A stretch of DNA of 64,000 nt from the human T2T-CHM13v2.0 reference genome, Homo sapiens. The notes under the pieces are model-generated. The model had not been told where the DNA came from and made no database searches. It saw nothing but the letters and a program-made list of their open reading frames with translations. The position numbers were made by a program, and so were the translations under genes. The stretch lies in NCBI RefSeq assembly GCF_009914755.1, contig NC_060946.1; one strand, written 5' to 3'. Of this stretch, positions 1 to 28,946 are shown piece by piece; the stretch's first letter is position 1; every line of letters starts with the position of its first letter.

Positions 1-264
1 TGACTTTGGAACATGATCTTTAACTGTGTACCCTTGATATGATCCAAGAACACAAAGAGTCACAAAAAAATCTCTAAAATGTATTCTGGAGATTTTTTTC
101 ATAGTATTTCATGTATATCTAACTTGAAAAATTGATTCATAATAGTCAACCACCTGGGTGTAAAAGTAATAGGGTTTTTTTATTTTTTGTTTTTTGGTTT
201 TTTTTTTTTTGCCTTTTCCGTGTGTTAACTAATTTTTTGAATGAGAAAAATTATGTATACATGA

Positions 265-1444
<1,180 letters not shown>

Positions 1445-1541
1445 TAAGCCGATCACCTGTTGTTGGATGTTTAGGTTGCTGATGTAAGTAATGCTGCAGT
1501 CGACATGCCGGTCCATCTGTTTTTGTGCACCTTGTCCTCAG

Positions 1542-2129
1542 GTGTTTGAGTCTGTGGATGAGGTGGAGCAGGTGGAGGCTGAAGGCAGATTGGAGGAGAA
1601 ACAGCCCAAGATCCCCAATGGGAACCTAGTGAACGGCACTTGTTCCCCAGACTCGGGTCATCCTTCCTCCCATAACTTCTCCTCGGGCCTCTCAGAGCAC
1701 TCAGAGCCCAGTCTGAGCACAGAAGACAGTGTCTTGGACGCCCAGCGGAACACCCCCACGGTGCTGCGACCTAGGGATGGCAGCGTGGATGACAGGCAGA
1801 GCAGCGAGGCCACCACATCTCAGGATGAGGCTCCCCGGGAGGAGCTGGCCGTGCAGGACAGCCTGGAGAGTGACCTCCTGGCCAACGAGAGCATGGACGA
1901 GTTCATGTCCATCACGGGCAGCCTGGACATGGCCCTGCCTGAAAAGGACGATGTTGTGATGGAGGGCTGGAGGAGCAGCGAGACAGAGAAACATGGCCAG
2001 GCGGACAGTGAGGACAACCTCTCGGAGGAGCCTGAGATGGAAAGTCTCTTCCCTGCCCTGGCTTCTCTGGCTGTGACTACTTCTGCCAACGAGGTGTCCC
2101 CTGTGTCTTCCAGCGGCGTCACCTACTCT
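1542..2129 (+). CDS. SGSM1: SGSM1 internal coding exon, acidic low-complexity insertion within the TBC region (VFESVDEVEQ...SSSGVTYS)
   Basis: Acceptor ttgtcctcag|GTG and donor TCT|gtaagt. 588 nt open frame inside ORF 1491..2435. Splices in frame to the next exon (TYS|PELLDL). Confidence 0.93.
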
Positions 2130-2315
2130 GTAAGTCACCAGGACCCTCCGTTCCATTTCCTTCTTTCCAGCTGCAGGAGGGTGGGATGTACTACAAGCCT
2201 GTTATCCAGAATGACCCCGGAGTCAGACCTCTGGTTCGTTGCATTTTTTCCGTCATGGAGGATTCACTGTAGAAACCCATTTGGGAGAGAAGATAACGTA
2301 GCATTTAAAAAGGGG

Positions 2316-2616
<301 letters not shown>

Positions 2617-3756
2617 CGTGTACAGTGTTATAATATTTTATGCAACTACTGTAAATGTCAGTGCTTGCATTATTTTAACAGAGTAATAGGTAAGCCATGT
2701 AGTAAACTGTCCTAATTTTTGTCTTTCCTGTAAAAAAATTTGTTTTTCCTAGATGTGTTTTCCTTTTCCTGTTTTCTTTTTCTTAGTTTGCTGCATATTT
2801 AAAGTCAGTTCACCCCCAGAAGTCTTTGCCACTTTCCTAAATCTCTTTTCAAACATTTAGACATATCATGTTTTTCATTTGTTCTGTGTGTCCAAGGACT
2901 TCTCCCCAAAAGCCTACTGATGCCCTCCACTCCACTGCACCTGATGTGTCATTATCATTCACAATCTTCCTCGTCCTGATCTTGAGCTTCCTTTTGTGTC
3001 AGTCATGTTTTCCTCTTTCTTAGTCTACTCTCTTATTTAGATGAAGCACATACCTCAGTGGCTTCCACATTTTTTGCTTTTCTTTTCTTTTTTTTTTTTT
3101 TTTTTAATTGAGACAGGGTCTCGCTCTGTCACCTAGGCTGGAGTGCAGTGGCGTGATCTCGGCTCACTGCAACCTCTGCGTCCCGAATTCATGCCATTCT
3201 CTTGCCTCAGCCTCCCAAGTAGAAGGACTACAGGCGCCCGCCACCACGCCCGGCTAATTTTTTGTGTTTTTAGTAGAGATAGGGTTTCACCGGGTTGGCC
3301 AGGATGGTCTCGATCTGCTGACCTCGTGATCTGCCTGCCTTGGCCTCCCAAAGTGCTGGGATTACAGGCGTGAGCCTCCATGCCTAGCTTGCTTCTCTTT
3401 TTTATCATTTCTTTGTCCTTCTGTGCTGAATTCTGGATTGTTTGTTCAGATCTCCTTTCAATTCAGTAATTCTCTCTTCCAGAATGTTTTATTTTCTGTC
3501 ACCTATCTCTAGTGTTTAATATATTTTTTAACATTTTATTTGGCCTTTCTTCAAATATGCTATAAAATGACTTACTTGATTATTTTATAGTCTCTTGCTT
3601 TTTTTTTTTTTTTGAAATAGTCTCCTTCTGTGCGTGATTTGGAGGGCAGTGGCGCAATCACTGCAGCCTTCACCTCCTGGGCTCAAGCAATCCTTCCTCC
3701 CACCTCAGCCCCACAAGTAGCTGGGACTACAGGGCTGTACCACCATGCCTGGCTAA

Positions 3757-4303
<547 letters not shown>

Positions 4304-4707
4304 TGATACTTCTAACAACTGAGGCCCTGATGGCTCTGATTCTGTTTTCTTGTATTTATGCCAACCATCACTCCTGGCACCTTCTTTCTCTGAGTGTTTC
4401 ATGATTTTTGAACATGAGCTCATATTTCTTGGGATATTATCTGCTGTACTATTTAAGACCCAGGTGGAAGGTAGATTCCTCAAGAGAGGGGTTTTCTTCT
4501 GCTTCTTTCTAGTGCCAGGGAAATAACAAATATGAGATGACAACTACATTCTCTGATCTTTCAGACCACCCAGGTAATGGGAGTTTGGGTTATAAACCGC
4601 ATGAGTTACAAACCTGACTTGTGGCTCTTAATTATGCAGGGAGATAACATTTACATTTAATTTAATAACTATGTTCAAGGTATAATCAGTCAGGTATTGT
4701 AACTGTT

Positions 4708-4775
4708 TCACTCAGACCCAAAGTGACAACATTCATGAGGTGAACTGTGGATGAAAAATATTGCTGTCACTGCGG
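4708..4775 (-). pseudogene. SNORD56: SNORD56 (U56)-like C/D snoRNA copy, probably a non-functional retrocopy
   Basis: Minus strand reads CCGCAGTGACAGCAATATTTTTCATCCACAGTTCACCTCATGAATGTTGTCACTTTGGGTCTGAGTGA, colinear with U56 as I recall it. Box D (CTGA) is intact and box C is degenerate. Confidence 0.75.
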
Positions 4776-5393
4776 GCAGGCAATTGTTTTGAGATCCCAA
4801 GATATTAGTGGGTTTTTCTAGTTTTCCCTTTCTGAGGGTGTGACTCCTTAGGGCCCTACCTTCCTGTAGGAAGGTCTCTTATTAGATCTTCAACTTGAGT
4901 AGGGGAGCAAAAACCAATCAAATCTAAGCTTAAATTTTCCCACTTTGGCAGCTTTCCTTAAGGCAAAGGCCAGCTTTGGTGTTTTCTCACCTTTCTGAGT
5001 TAGTTTTTGGTCCTTAAATATTTCTTATTTTCTTGCCACATCATTGAGCCATTTTGAAATTAAGGTACTTGTTCAAGCAGCCAGGCCAGTACGTTACCAG
5101 AATTTGCCCTCTGTGCAGTTCTTCATTCTCCTTGTCCAGTTTTCAGCAGAGAGAGGTTCACTTCCAGCTATAGTTGTAACTCTCTGAGGGAGAATTTTCA
5201 TCCTGCAAATTAAACACACCCTCCCAGAAAACAAACAAACAAAATCAAACACCTGGCTGGTCCAGGTGGGAGATGTATTTTCAGTGACAACAGGAGAGGG
5301 TTAGGAAGAGGAGATAGGATTGCTGCTTTCCAGTGGGGACTTAGATGTGATTTTTCATTTCTTCCCCCTACCCCCTGCCCCGATGGCCTATAG

Positions 5394-5518
5394 CCAGAGC
5401 TGCTGGATCTGTACACGGTGAACCTGCACCGCATCGAGAAGGATGTGCAGAGGTGCGACCGCAACTACTGGTACTTCACGCCCGCCAACTTGGAGAAGCT
5501 GCGTAACATCATGTGCAG
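5394..5518 (+). CDS. SGSM1: SGSM1 exon, TBC domain arginine finger ([41 protein letters not shown])
   Basis: Acceptor ctatag|CCA and donor AG|gtggct. Contains the IxxDxxR motif (IEKDVQR) of TBC Rab-GAPs. Confidence 0.95.
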
Positions 5519-5951
5519 GTGGCTGGGGACAGCGAGGGGATCTAGGGGATGGGGATGGTGGGTGGGTGGGATGGGGGATGTAGGGGGCCCGCCTAGAAGT
5601 TATTTCAGCTTCTGAAGCTGGCATCATACTCACCTGGAATCTTACTTAGCCCACAGTGAAAATTTAACAACAATAATATAGAACATTTATTAAGCACTTA
5701 CTGTATACCAGCCACTGTCCTGAGGCCTGTACTATCATCGCTCACTTATTCCTCAACCCGACGAGGTATTAACCCCTTTTATAGGTGACGATGTGGAGGC
5801 TCCAGGAAGAGCCTCATTGCTGAGTGGGCATCGGGCAGTGGCTGAGCGGGAACTCATAGCCATGTCTCTGGCTGTAGAATCTGTCCTTTTTCTATTTTTC
5901 TTTAAGCCAAGATCTACGACTGGTTATTACTGTTCACTAAAAAGATATTAT

Positions 5952-8206
<2,255 letters not shown>

Positions 8207-8665
8207 TTATTAGTAAGGGACAGATTGCAATTCCTGACAAAGGGAGCTGTAAGGCAAAGATACAGAAACATAAATTTGTGATTTTTTTGTGCAAAGTGAA
8301 TACGTCAATGTTGCTGGAGAGGAAGACAGTGGGAAGCGATGTTTGAGGCTGTGAAGATGAGTTGAGAGGAGGCCATTACTCCTTGTACCCCCAGTAAAGG
8401 AGTTTGGATAACATCCCATCAGACAGCAGGGTGCTTGTGCAAGTTTTGAGCCTGAAGAGGCCTCCTGAGTTGGCCTTTAGGGAGGTCATCCTGGTGGCTG
8501 CACATAGGATGTTTGAAGAGAGAGATCGGGGATGGAGATGCAGGCAGGAGGCTGAGGGAGGGGTCCAGGTGAGGGATTGGGGACCGAAGCAGGAGGAACA
8601 GAAGGTGGAGTGGGTTGGAGAGGCAGGCCACGGCTGCCATCATTGGCCCCTTGTGTCTCTTCTAG

Positions 8666-8748
8666 CTACATCTGGCAGCACATTGAGATCGGCTATGTCC
8701 AGGGCATGTGTGATCTTCTGGCTCCACTGCTGGTCATTCTGGATGATG
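8666..8748 (+). CDS. SGSM1: SGSM1 exon, TBC glutamine finger (SYIWQHIEIGYVQGMCDLLAPLLVILDD)
   Basis: Acceptor ctcttctag|C and donor G|gtgagt. Contains the YxQGM motif. Phases 2/1 fit the neighbouring exons. Confidence 0.96.
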
Positions 8749-9009
8749 GTGAGTGTGTCTTTACTGCCCTAGGGCTGAGGGTGCATTTCCTTTCCACTGC
8801 ATGGCAGAAGGCTTAATCTCACTTTGTGACTCTGTAGAATGTGGCTCCAGCCAGGTGCTCTGAAGGCCTGTCTGGTGAACACATCAAGATCCTAGTGAAA
8901 TAAAAAAGTCCTTATATTCCATGGTGCCCCATACTCAACACCCAGACAGGCCTTTGCTAACCACTGATTATATGAATATGAATGAGAACAAACAAACAAA
9001 ACAAAAAAC

Positions 9010-15950
<6,941 letters not shown>

Positions 15951-16199
15951 TTTGGCCAGGTGCAGTGGCTCAGGCCTGTAATCCCAGTACTTTGGGAGGC
16001 CAAGGCAGGCAGATCACGAGGTCAGGAGATCAAGACCATCCTGGCTAACACGGTGAAACCCCGTCTCTACTAAAAATACAAAAAAGGTCCACCCCCAACA
16101 TTGGAGGTCATATTTCAACATGAGATTTGGAGAGGACAAACATCTGAACCATATCACTTGGGCAGCGGGGCATCTGACTGTTCTGTGATGCTTTCTCAG

Positions 16200-16309
16200 A
16201 GGCCCTTGCCTTCAGCTGCTTCACGGAGCTCATGAAGAGGATGAACCAGAACTTCCCCCACGGAGGCGCCATGGACACGCACTTTGCAAACATGAGATCG
16301 TTGATCCAG
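16200..16309 (+). CDS. SGSM1: SGSM1 exon ([37 protein letters not shown])
   Basis: Acceptor ctttctcag|AG and donor CAG|gtatga. Frame is continuous with both neighbours. TBC-like helix. Confidence 0.94.
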
Positions 16310-16582
16310 GTATGACCCAGCATCCATTCTTGCTTTGGACTTTTTTGGGAAACAGTTAGTAAAGCTTAGTGGCTCCAGACTGAGCTATTTAGAGCCCACC
16401 TGGATTGGAATCCAGGTTTGTATTTCTGCCATACAAACTCAGCATATACTCTTATCTCTGTGGGCCTCAGTTTTCTTATCTGGGAAATAGGTTTTCTCAC
16501 TTATATGAGTCCCAATAAATTATTAGAATTATCATGGAAATGAAGTAAACTAATGATTTTATAGTGCTTAGCACAGTGCATG

Positions 16583-17142
<560 letters not shown>

Positions 17143-17294
17143 CTAGCAGTGGGGCTACAGTTAGCTCTGACTTCTTCTTTAGTGGAACTTTAAAATACTA
17201 CAAAGTATTTTGGACATAAGAAAGGTAAAAGAGTAATATAATGAACACCCATGTTTCCACCCCCACCTCCCCAAGAAATAACACATTAACCATA

Positions 17295-18223
<929 letters not shown>

Positions 18224-18622
18224 TTACTCCCCACTTTACATAAATATTTTAAATGGTATGAACTCTTGTGCAGCTCGTCTTTATACTCAGTAAGGAGTTT
18301 GAGAGGCTCGTCAACCACGGGGCAGTTGATTCCTCTTTCCCGGAAGTACAGTCTTTTGTGTTAGGAGTACAACGCATTCTATCACATTTGATTTGGATCC
18401 ATTTTCCTGTTGGTGGTCATTTAGGCTGTTTTTATTTGGTTTGGTTTTGCTTTTGCTTTGGGGAATTTGGGGTTTTGTTTTTGGCCTTTATAAACAGTGC
18501 TGCGGCCGGGCACGGTTTCTCACGCTTGTAATCCCAGCACTTTGGGAGGCTGAGGCGGGCGGATCACGAGGTCAGGAGATTGAGACCATCATGGCTAACA
18601 CGGTGAAACCCCGTCTCTACTA

Positions 18623-18886
<264 letters not shown>

Positions 18887-19093
18887 TCAGAGTCCAATTG
18901 CTGGAGCAGAGGGAATGCACATCCTCAGTTTTATCAGGCACAACCGAATCACTCTTAAAGTGATTGTACTAGTTTCTTAATGCTCCAGGGCAGTATGGTA
19001 AGGATTTCAACACACACCATCCTCACTTGATATTGTCACACTTATATATTTTTGCCAATCTCTTGGATATGATCGAGCATCCCATTGTGATTT

Positions 19094-19365
19094 ATAATTT
19101 TTTTTATTTTTAATTTTTGTGGGTACATAATAGGTGTATATATATGTGGAGTACATGAGTTGTTTTGAGACAGGCATGCAATGTGAAATAAGAAAATAGA
19201 GTTTGTGGAAAATAGAGTTTCCAATCCCTCAAGCATTTATCCTTTGTGCTCCAAACAATCCAATTATACACTTTTAGTTATTTTAAAATGTACAGTGAAA
19301 TTATTATTGACCATAGTTACCCTGCTGTGCGATCAAATAGTATGTCCTCTTCATTCAGTTTTTTT
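19094..19365 (-). mobile_element. L1MA-type 3' fragment
   Basis: ttttaatttttgtgggtacata... motif. TSD cattgtgattt at 19083-19093 and 19366-19376. Confidence 0.75.
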
Positions 19366-19599
19366 CATTGTGATTTTGTTTGCATTGTCTTGATTGACAG
19401 TGAAATTGAGTATCTTCTAGTTTTTGGTTCATTTGGATTGTGAAGTGCCTATTCATATGCTTTGCCCATTTTCTATGTACATGTTTTCCATAATTAGAGT
19501 CATTTGTACATACTTTTCTTTCTGTACATTATTTTTCAAACATGTTTTTTTCCCACTGAATAGCATATCCAATAGCTGGAGGTATTCGTCCACCATCTG

Positions 19600-21090
<1,491 letters not shown>

Positions 21091-21214
21091 AACTGTAACT
21101 GGCTGTTAAGGACCGTATGGTGTCTGGTGTGTGGATGTACCACCATTTATTCAGCTGTCTCCTCTGCTCCAACCTTTTCCCAGGAGGCTGATGCTGCCTT
21201 TCCTTCCTTGACAG

Positions 21215-21311
21215 ATCCTGGACTCAGAGCTGTTTGAGCTGATGCATCAGAACGGGGACTATACTCACTTCTACTTCTGCTACCGCTGGTTCCTGCTGGA
21301 TTTCAAGCGAG
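21215..21311 (+). CDS. SGSM1: SGSM1 exon ([32 protein letters not shown])
   Basis: Acceptor ccttgacag|ATC and donor G|gtacag. Contains the [16 protein letters not shown] motif. Confidence 0.95.
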
Positions 21312-21778
21312 GTACAGACTTTAAATTGGGGACCTGTGTCCAGACTCTTTGTAGCAGAACTTTCAGGGGAAAAGATCCCGTGGAGGTGAGGTTGAGGGGT
21401 TGGCAACAGAGGCAGCAGAGGAGAGAAGCACATGTTTATGGAGTCCAGACTACCGTTTCACCTGCCTTATCTTGCACTGACACTCTGTAGTAGGTGCTGT
21501 TAAGATCTTCATCTTACCAGTGAGGAAACCGAGGCTGAGAAGGGTTAAGTTCAGAGCTAGGGAGAGTTAACTTCAGGGCTAGGGTGAGTACAGCCAGGAC
21601 TTGAACCCATCTCTTTCATTCTGCTGTGCTGCTTTTCAGAGCCCAAGAACTCTAAAGCCCATGAAGCAGGGACTATTTCATGCACGTTTCCAACATGACA
21701 TAAAAGTGATGTATAACACAGTACCTTGTTGCTATTGTTCAGATTTGGGGTGATGTTAATAATTATAGTATCTGACAT

Positions 21779-22907
<1,129 letters not shown>

Positions 22908-23383
22908 AAAGGCTTGCTTTGAACCGTTGCTCTATTCTTTCTCTTCACTAGACTCAGAGGCCACAGCCGGCTCTGCCAGTGTGTGGGGGGAAAGAAGAAA
23001 GGGCTCTATGGGTGCTAATGGAGATGGAGGTGCAGGGATAGCAGGTGTTGCTTGTCAAAGGGCAGGGCAAGGACAGATCCATGTAATTCATACCTGCACG
23101 TGCCTGGTTCTGCCACTTACAGAATGTCAGAGCTGGAAGGAACTTAGAACTCACCTGGCTTACACAGCCCATCCTACAGATGGGGAAAACTGAGGTTTCT
23201 GGTGGTCAAATGACAGAGCCCAGGTCTCCTGCCTTCTGACCTGAGTTCTATCCACTGCACCAGGGCACAGGCATAAGGCAAAACTTGCCCGGGATTTTCC
23301 CACCTTGGGGGGCTTCCCAAGGCAGGGCAACACTGTGAGCCCCGTCACCAATTCTCTCCCCATGTGTGTTGGTGTCTTGGCAG

Positions 23384-23551
23384 AACTCGTCTATGATGAC
23401 GTCTTCTTGGTCTGGGAGACCATCTGGGCAGCCAAACACGTCTCCTCTGCGCACTACGTCCTGTTCATTGCGCTGGCTCTGGTGGAAGTCTACCGTGACA
23501 TCATTTTGGAGAACAACATGGATTTCACAGACATCATCAAATTCTTTAATG
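23384..23551 (+). CDS. SGSM1: SGSM1 exon ([15 protein letters not shown]...DIIKFFN)
   Basis: Acceptor tcttggcag|AA and donor G|gtaccc. Lies within ORF 23305..23577. TBC C-terminal motif xxxWExxW. Confidence 0.94.
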
Positions 23552-24677
23552 GTACCCACATGACTGGGGCCTCATGAGAGGGGTGCAGGCTTCTGGAGGC
23601 CCCTTTTGGGCATCTCAGGAGGAATGAAGATGGGCTGAGATGGATGCATGGTGAAGGGGATAAAGAGGGCTCTGCACACTTCTTATGGCTATTTCCAAAA
23701 GGACGAGTTCACATCTTGTAATGCTGAGGGTGCATTTTTCTCAGGGATCTGGCAGGGGGACCACAGATGTTGAAATCAGCTCAGGGGCAAAGTCTGGTTC
23801 TATCGCTGACCAGCTGTGCCCATGGTCAAGTCACTTCCCCTCTCTCTAAACATCCACTTCCTCATCTGTGAAATGGGCTAGCAGTGTCTGCTTTGGAGGG
23901 TTGACATGCATAGGAAAAGCAGGCCCAGGGCAGCAATTTGAGTAACACGAAAAAGACACAGCCTTTGAAATCAGACAGATGCGAATTCTGATCCAGGCTC
24001 CTGGGAGCTGTGTGACTTTGTCCAAGTGACTTCACGTCTCTAGGCCTCGGATTCTTCAGGGATAAAATGGTACTAACACTCCCTCCCTCACAGGGAGGTC
24101 CAGAGGATTACAGGAGACAACATGGTTAAATCCCAGCACGTGGTACCTGGCTCATAGGAGGGACCCAATAAACAAAAGCTATTGCCACTGTTATCACTAT
24201 TTAAAAATGTTTTTAATGAAAGAAAGTTCTGGAAAAAAACAAAAGAAAAAAGCCAACTGTGACCTCACTTTTGAAACATTATTAGGGTTCTTAATTTAAG
24301 TAAACTTTTTGGGGGAATAATTTTGCATTTTAATTGTCTACTAAAATTGTAGATTGAGAACTGTTTTAGATTTAGATGTACAGAGAATGCACGATACCTT
24401 GGCCTCGCTTTGCCTACTGTTAGCATTTACATAACCCTGGTACATTTGCCAAAACTAAGAAATTATCATTGGCACGTTACCATCTATTAAACTACAGGCT
24501 TTATTTGGATTTCACCTGGTTTTTCACTAGTATCCTTTTTCTGTTCTAGGGTCTAATCCAGGAAACCACAGTCATGTTTATTTTTATGTTTTTACATAAT
24601 CAGAATCCACTTGTATATGCCTTTTTTCACTTAATATTTCAACTATTGTCTTTCATATAATCTTTTTTTTTTTTTGA

Positions 24678-24785
<108 letters not shown>

Positions 24786-25091
24786 TAGCTGGGATTACAG
24801 ACACGCACCACCACGCCCGGCTAATTTTTATATTTTTAGTAGAGACAGAGTTTTGCCATGTTGGCCAGGCTAGTCTAGAACTCCTGACCTCAGGCGATCC
24901 GTCTGCCTTGGCCTCCCAAAGTGCTGGGATTATAGGTGTGAGCCACTGTGCCCAGCCAGTCATTTTTTAAAACTACAAAATATATCTCAAGTGACTATTC
25001 TATAACTTACTGAACCATTTCTTATCATTAGCATGTAGGTTATTTTCAGTTTGAAGGTGTGATCGAGAGTCCAAAGCAATTCATCTGTTAG

Positions 25092-26893
<1,802 letters not shown>

Positions 26894-27743
26894 TCTTAGT
26901 TTTAGTGTTTTTCTTTTTTTTCTTTCTACTAAATGGTTTATTTATGATAAATGTCTACGTTTAGGATTATTTGGCTTAGAAGTCTGACCACATTGTGTGG
27001 CTCTTGATAAAATTATTTTTTTCTTTGGTTTTTTTGTCCCTTTCTCCTCTTCCTTCTCCATCTTTCCTCCCTCTGTTGCTTCCTCCTTTTCATATCTTTC
27101 AGCGTCTACTGTGTGCCCAGCACTGCTCTCAGTCATTCTGTTTATAGGAGAGGGGTGGAAGGACTTCACCTTTTCATTTTTATTTTTATTTTTTTTTGAG
27201 ACGGAGTTTCGCTCTTGTTGCCCAGGCTGGAGTGCAGTGGTGCAATCTCGGCTCACCACAAGCTCCGCCTCCTGGGTTCAAGCGATTCTTCTGCCTCAGC
27301 CTCCTGAGTAGCTGGGATTACAGGCATGCGCCACCACACCCGACTAGTTTTGTATTTTTAGTAGAGACAGGGTTTCTCCATGTTAGTCAGGCTGGTCTCA
27401 AACTCCCGACCTCAGGTGATCCACCTGCCTCGGCCTCCCAAGGTGCTGGGATTACAGCCATGAGCCACCATGCCCGGCCGACCTCACCTTTTTATGGCAC
27501 ATCCTGTGAACCAGCATTATCCCATTCAATCCGCACAGTAACTTGGTGAGGTGGCTGCTGTTCCAATCCCCATTTTACAGATGAGGAAACTAAGGTCCAG
27601 AGGTAGAGGCCTTCTCCAGGGCCTCTGCTTCCTGAGTCAATCTGTGATGGAGATGCCCCCAGAGAAGCCTCCAGGGGCTGGAATTGTACCCTAAGACTGG
27701 ACACAGAAGGAGGCTCATGAGATTTTTCTTTCTGCTCTTTCAG

Positions 27744-27832
27744 AAATGGCTGAGCGACACAACACCAAGCAAGTCCTGAAGCTGGCGCGGGACCTCGTGT
27801 ACAAGGTGCAGACTCTGATTGAGAACAAGTGA
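27744..27832 (+). CDS. SGSM1: SGSM1 last coding exon (EMAERHNTKQVLKLARDLVYKVQTLIENK*)
   Basis: Strong acceptor tttctttctgctctttcag|AA. TGA at 27830-27832. Confidence 0.94.
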
Positions 27833-28314
27833 GGGGCACCTCACCCCGGCAGCCTCAGCCAAGCTGCCCCTGCCCCGCTCCTCTGCTTACTTTTCCTCCT
27901 GGCTGGATGGGCACCCCGGGAGCGGGGTCCTGGTGTCTGTTCACAAGCGTGGAGTTCAGTGCGCAAAGAAACTACCCTGACTTTTACTTCTGGGCAGATG
28001 GGGTGGAGGGAGTACCCCTTCAATTCAGCCTTACATTTTCCTGTTTGACCAAAGATTGCCCAAGTCTGGCGTTCCTCCCTTGCAGGAGGTGGAGGTTGTT
28101 GGTGGAGGAGGAGCCATCTTTGTTTGCTGGTGCCCGGAATGGTCTCCTCTTCTTCTTTCCCTATCCCTCCAAACTGTCTTGTAAGATGAGACCTGGGGAG
28201 GAAACTTCTTTTTGGAAATTGGTGTAGAAGAGGTGTGTGGGGCTACCTCTATGCTCCTCTGCAAGGGGCCTTTGGCGATGTTCTGGACATGGCTGAAGAT
28301 TGACTTAGAGATTG

Positions 28315-28533
28315 ACCCTCCACCTCGACATTACTGACATTTGGGGCCAGGTGATTCTTTTTGAGGGGACTGTCCCCTGCATTGTAGGATGCTGAGCAGC
28401 ATCCCGGGCCTCACCAGATGCCAGTAGTGCCATCCCCCAACCATACCCCTGGTTGTGACAGCCCCCAAAAATGTCTCTAGACATTGCGAAATGTTCCCTG
28501 CAGGGCAAAATTGCCCCCATTTGAGAACCACTG
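28315..28533 (-). mobile_element. MER20 in the SGSM1 3'UTR
   Basis: Minus strand begins cagtggttctcaa. Typical MER20 core. Confidence 0.85.
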
Positions 28534-28633
28534 GCTTGGAGAAGGGACTACAAATGTACTTCCTCCCCCATTCTTTTGACGCTAAGCCACCCTGGTCCTG
28601 ACGCCTCCCCTCACTTAGAAAAGGCATACAGGA

Positions 28634-28946
<313 letters not shown>

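Noticed and set aside
1701-2156. Antisense and alternative-frame ORFs over the big SGSM1 exon
   Set aside because: These are shadows of the real coding frame.
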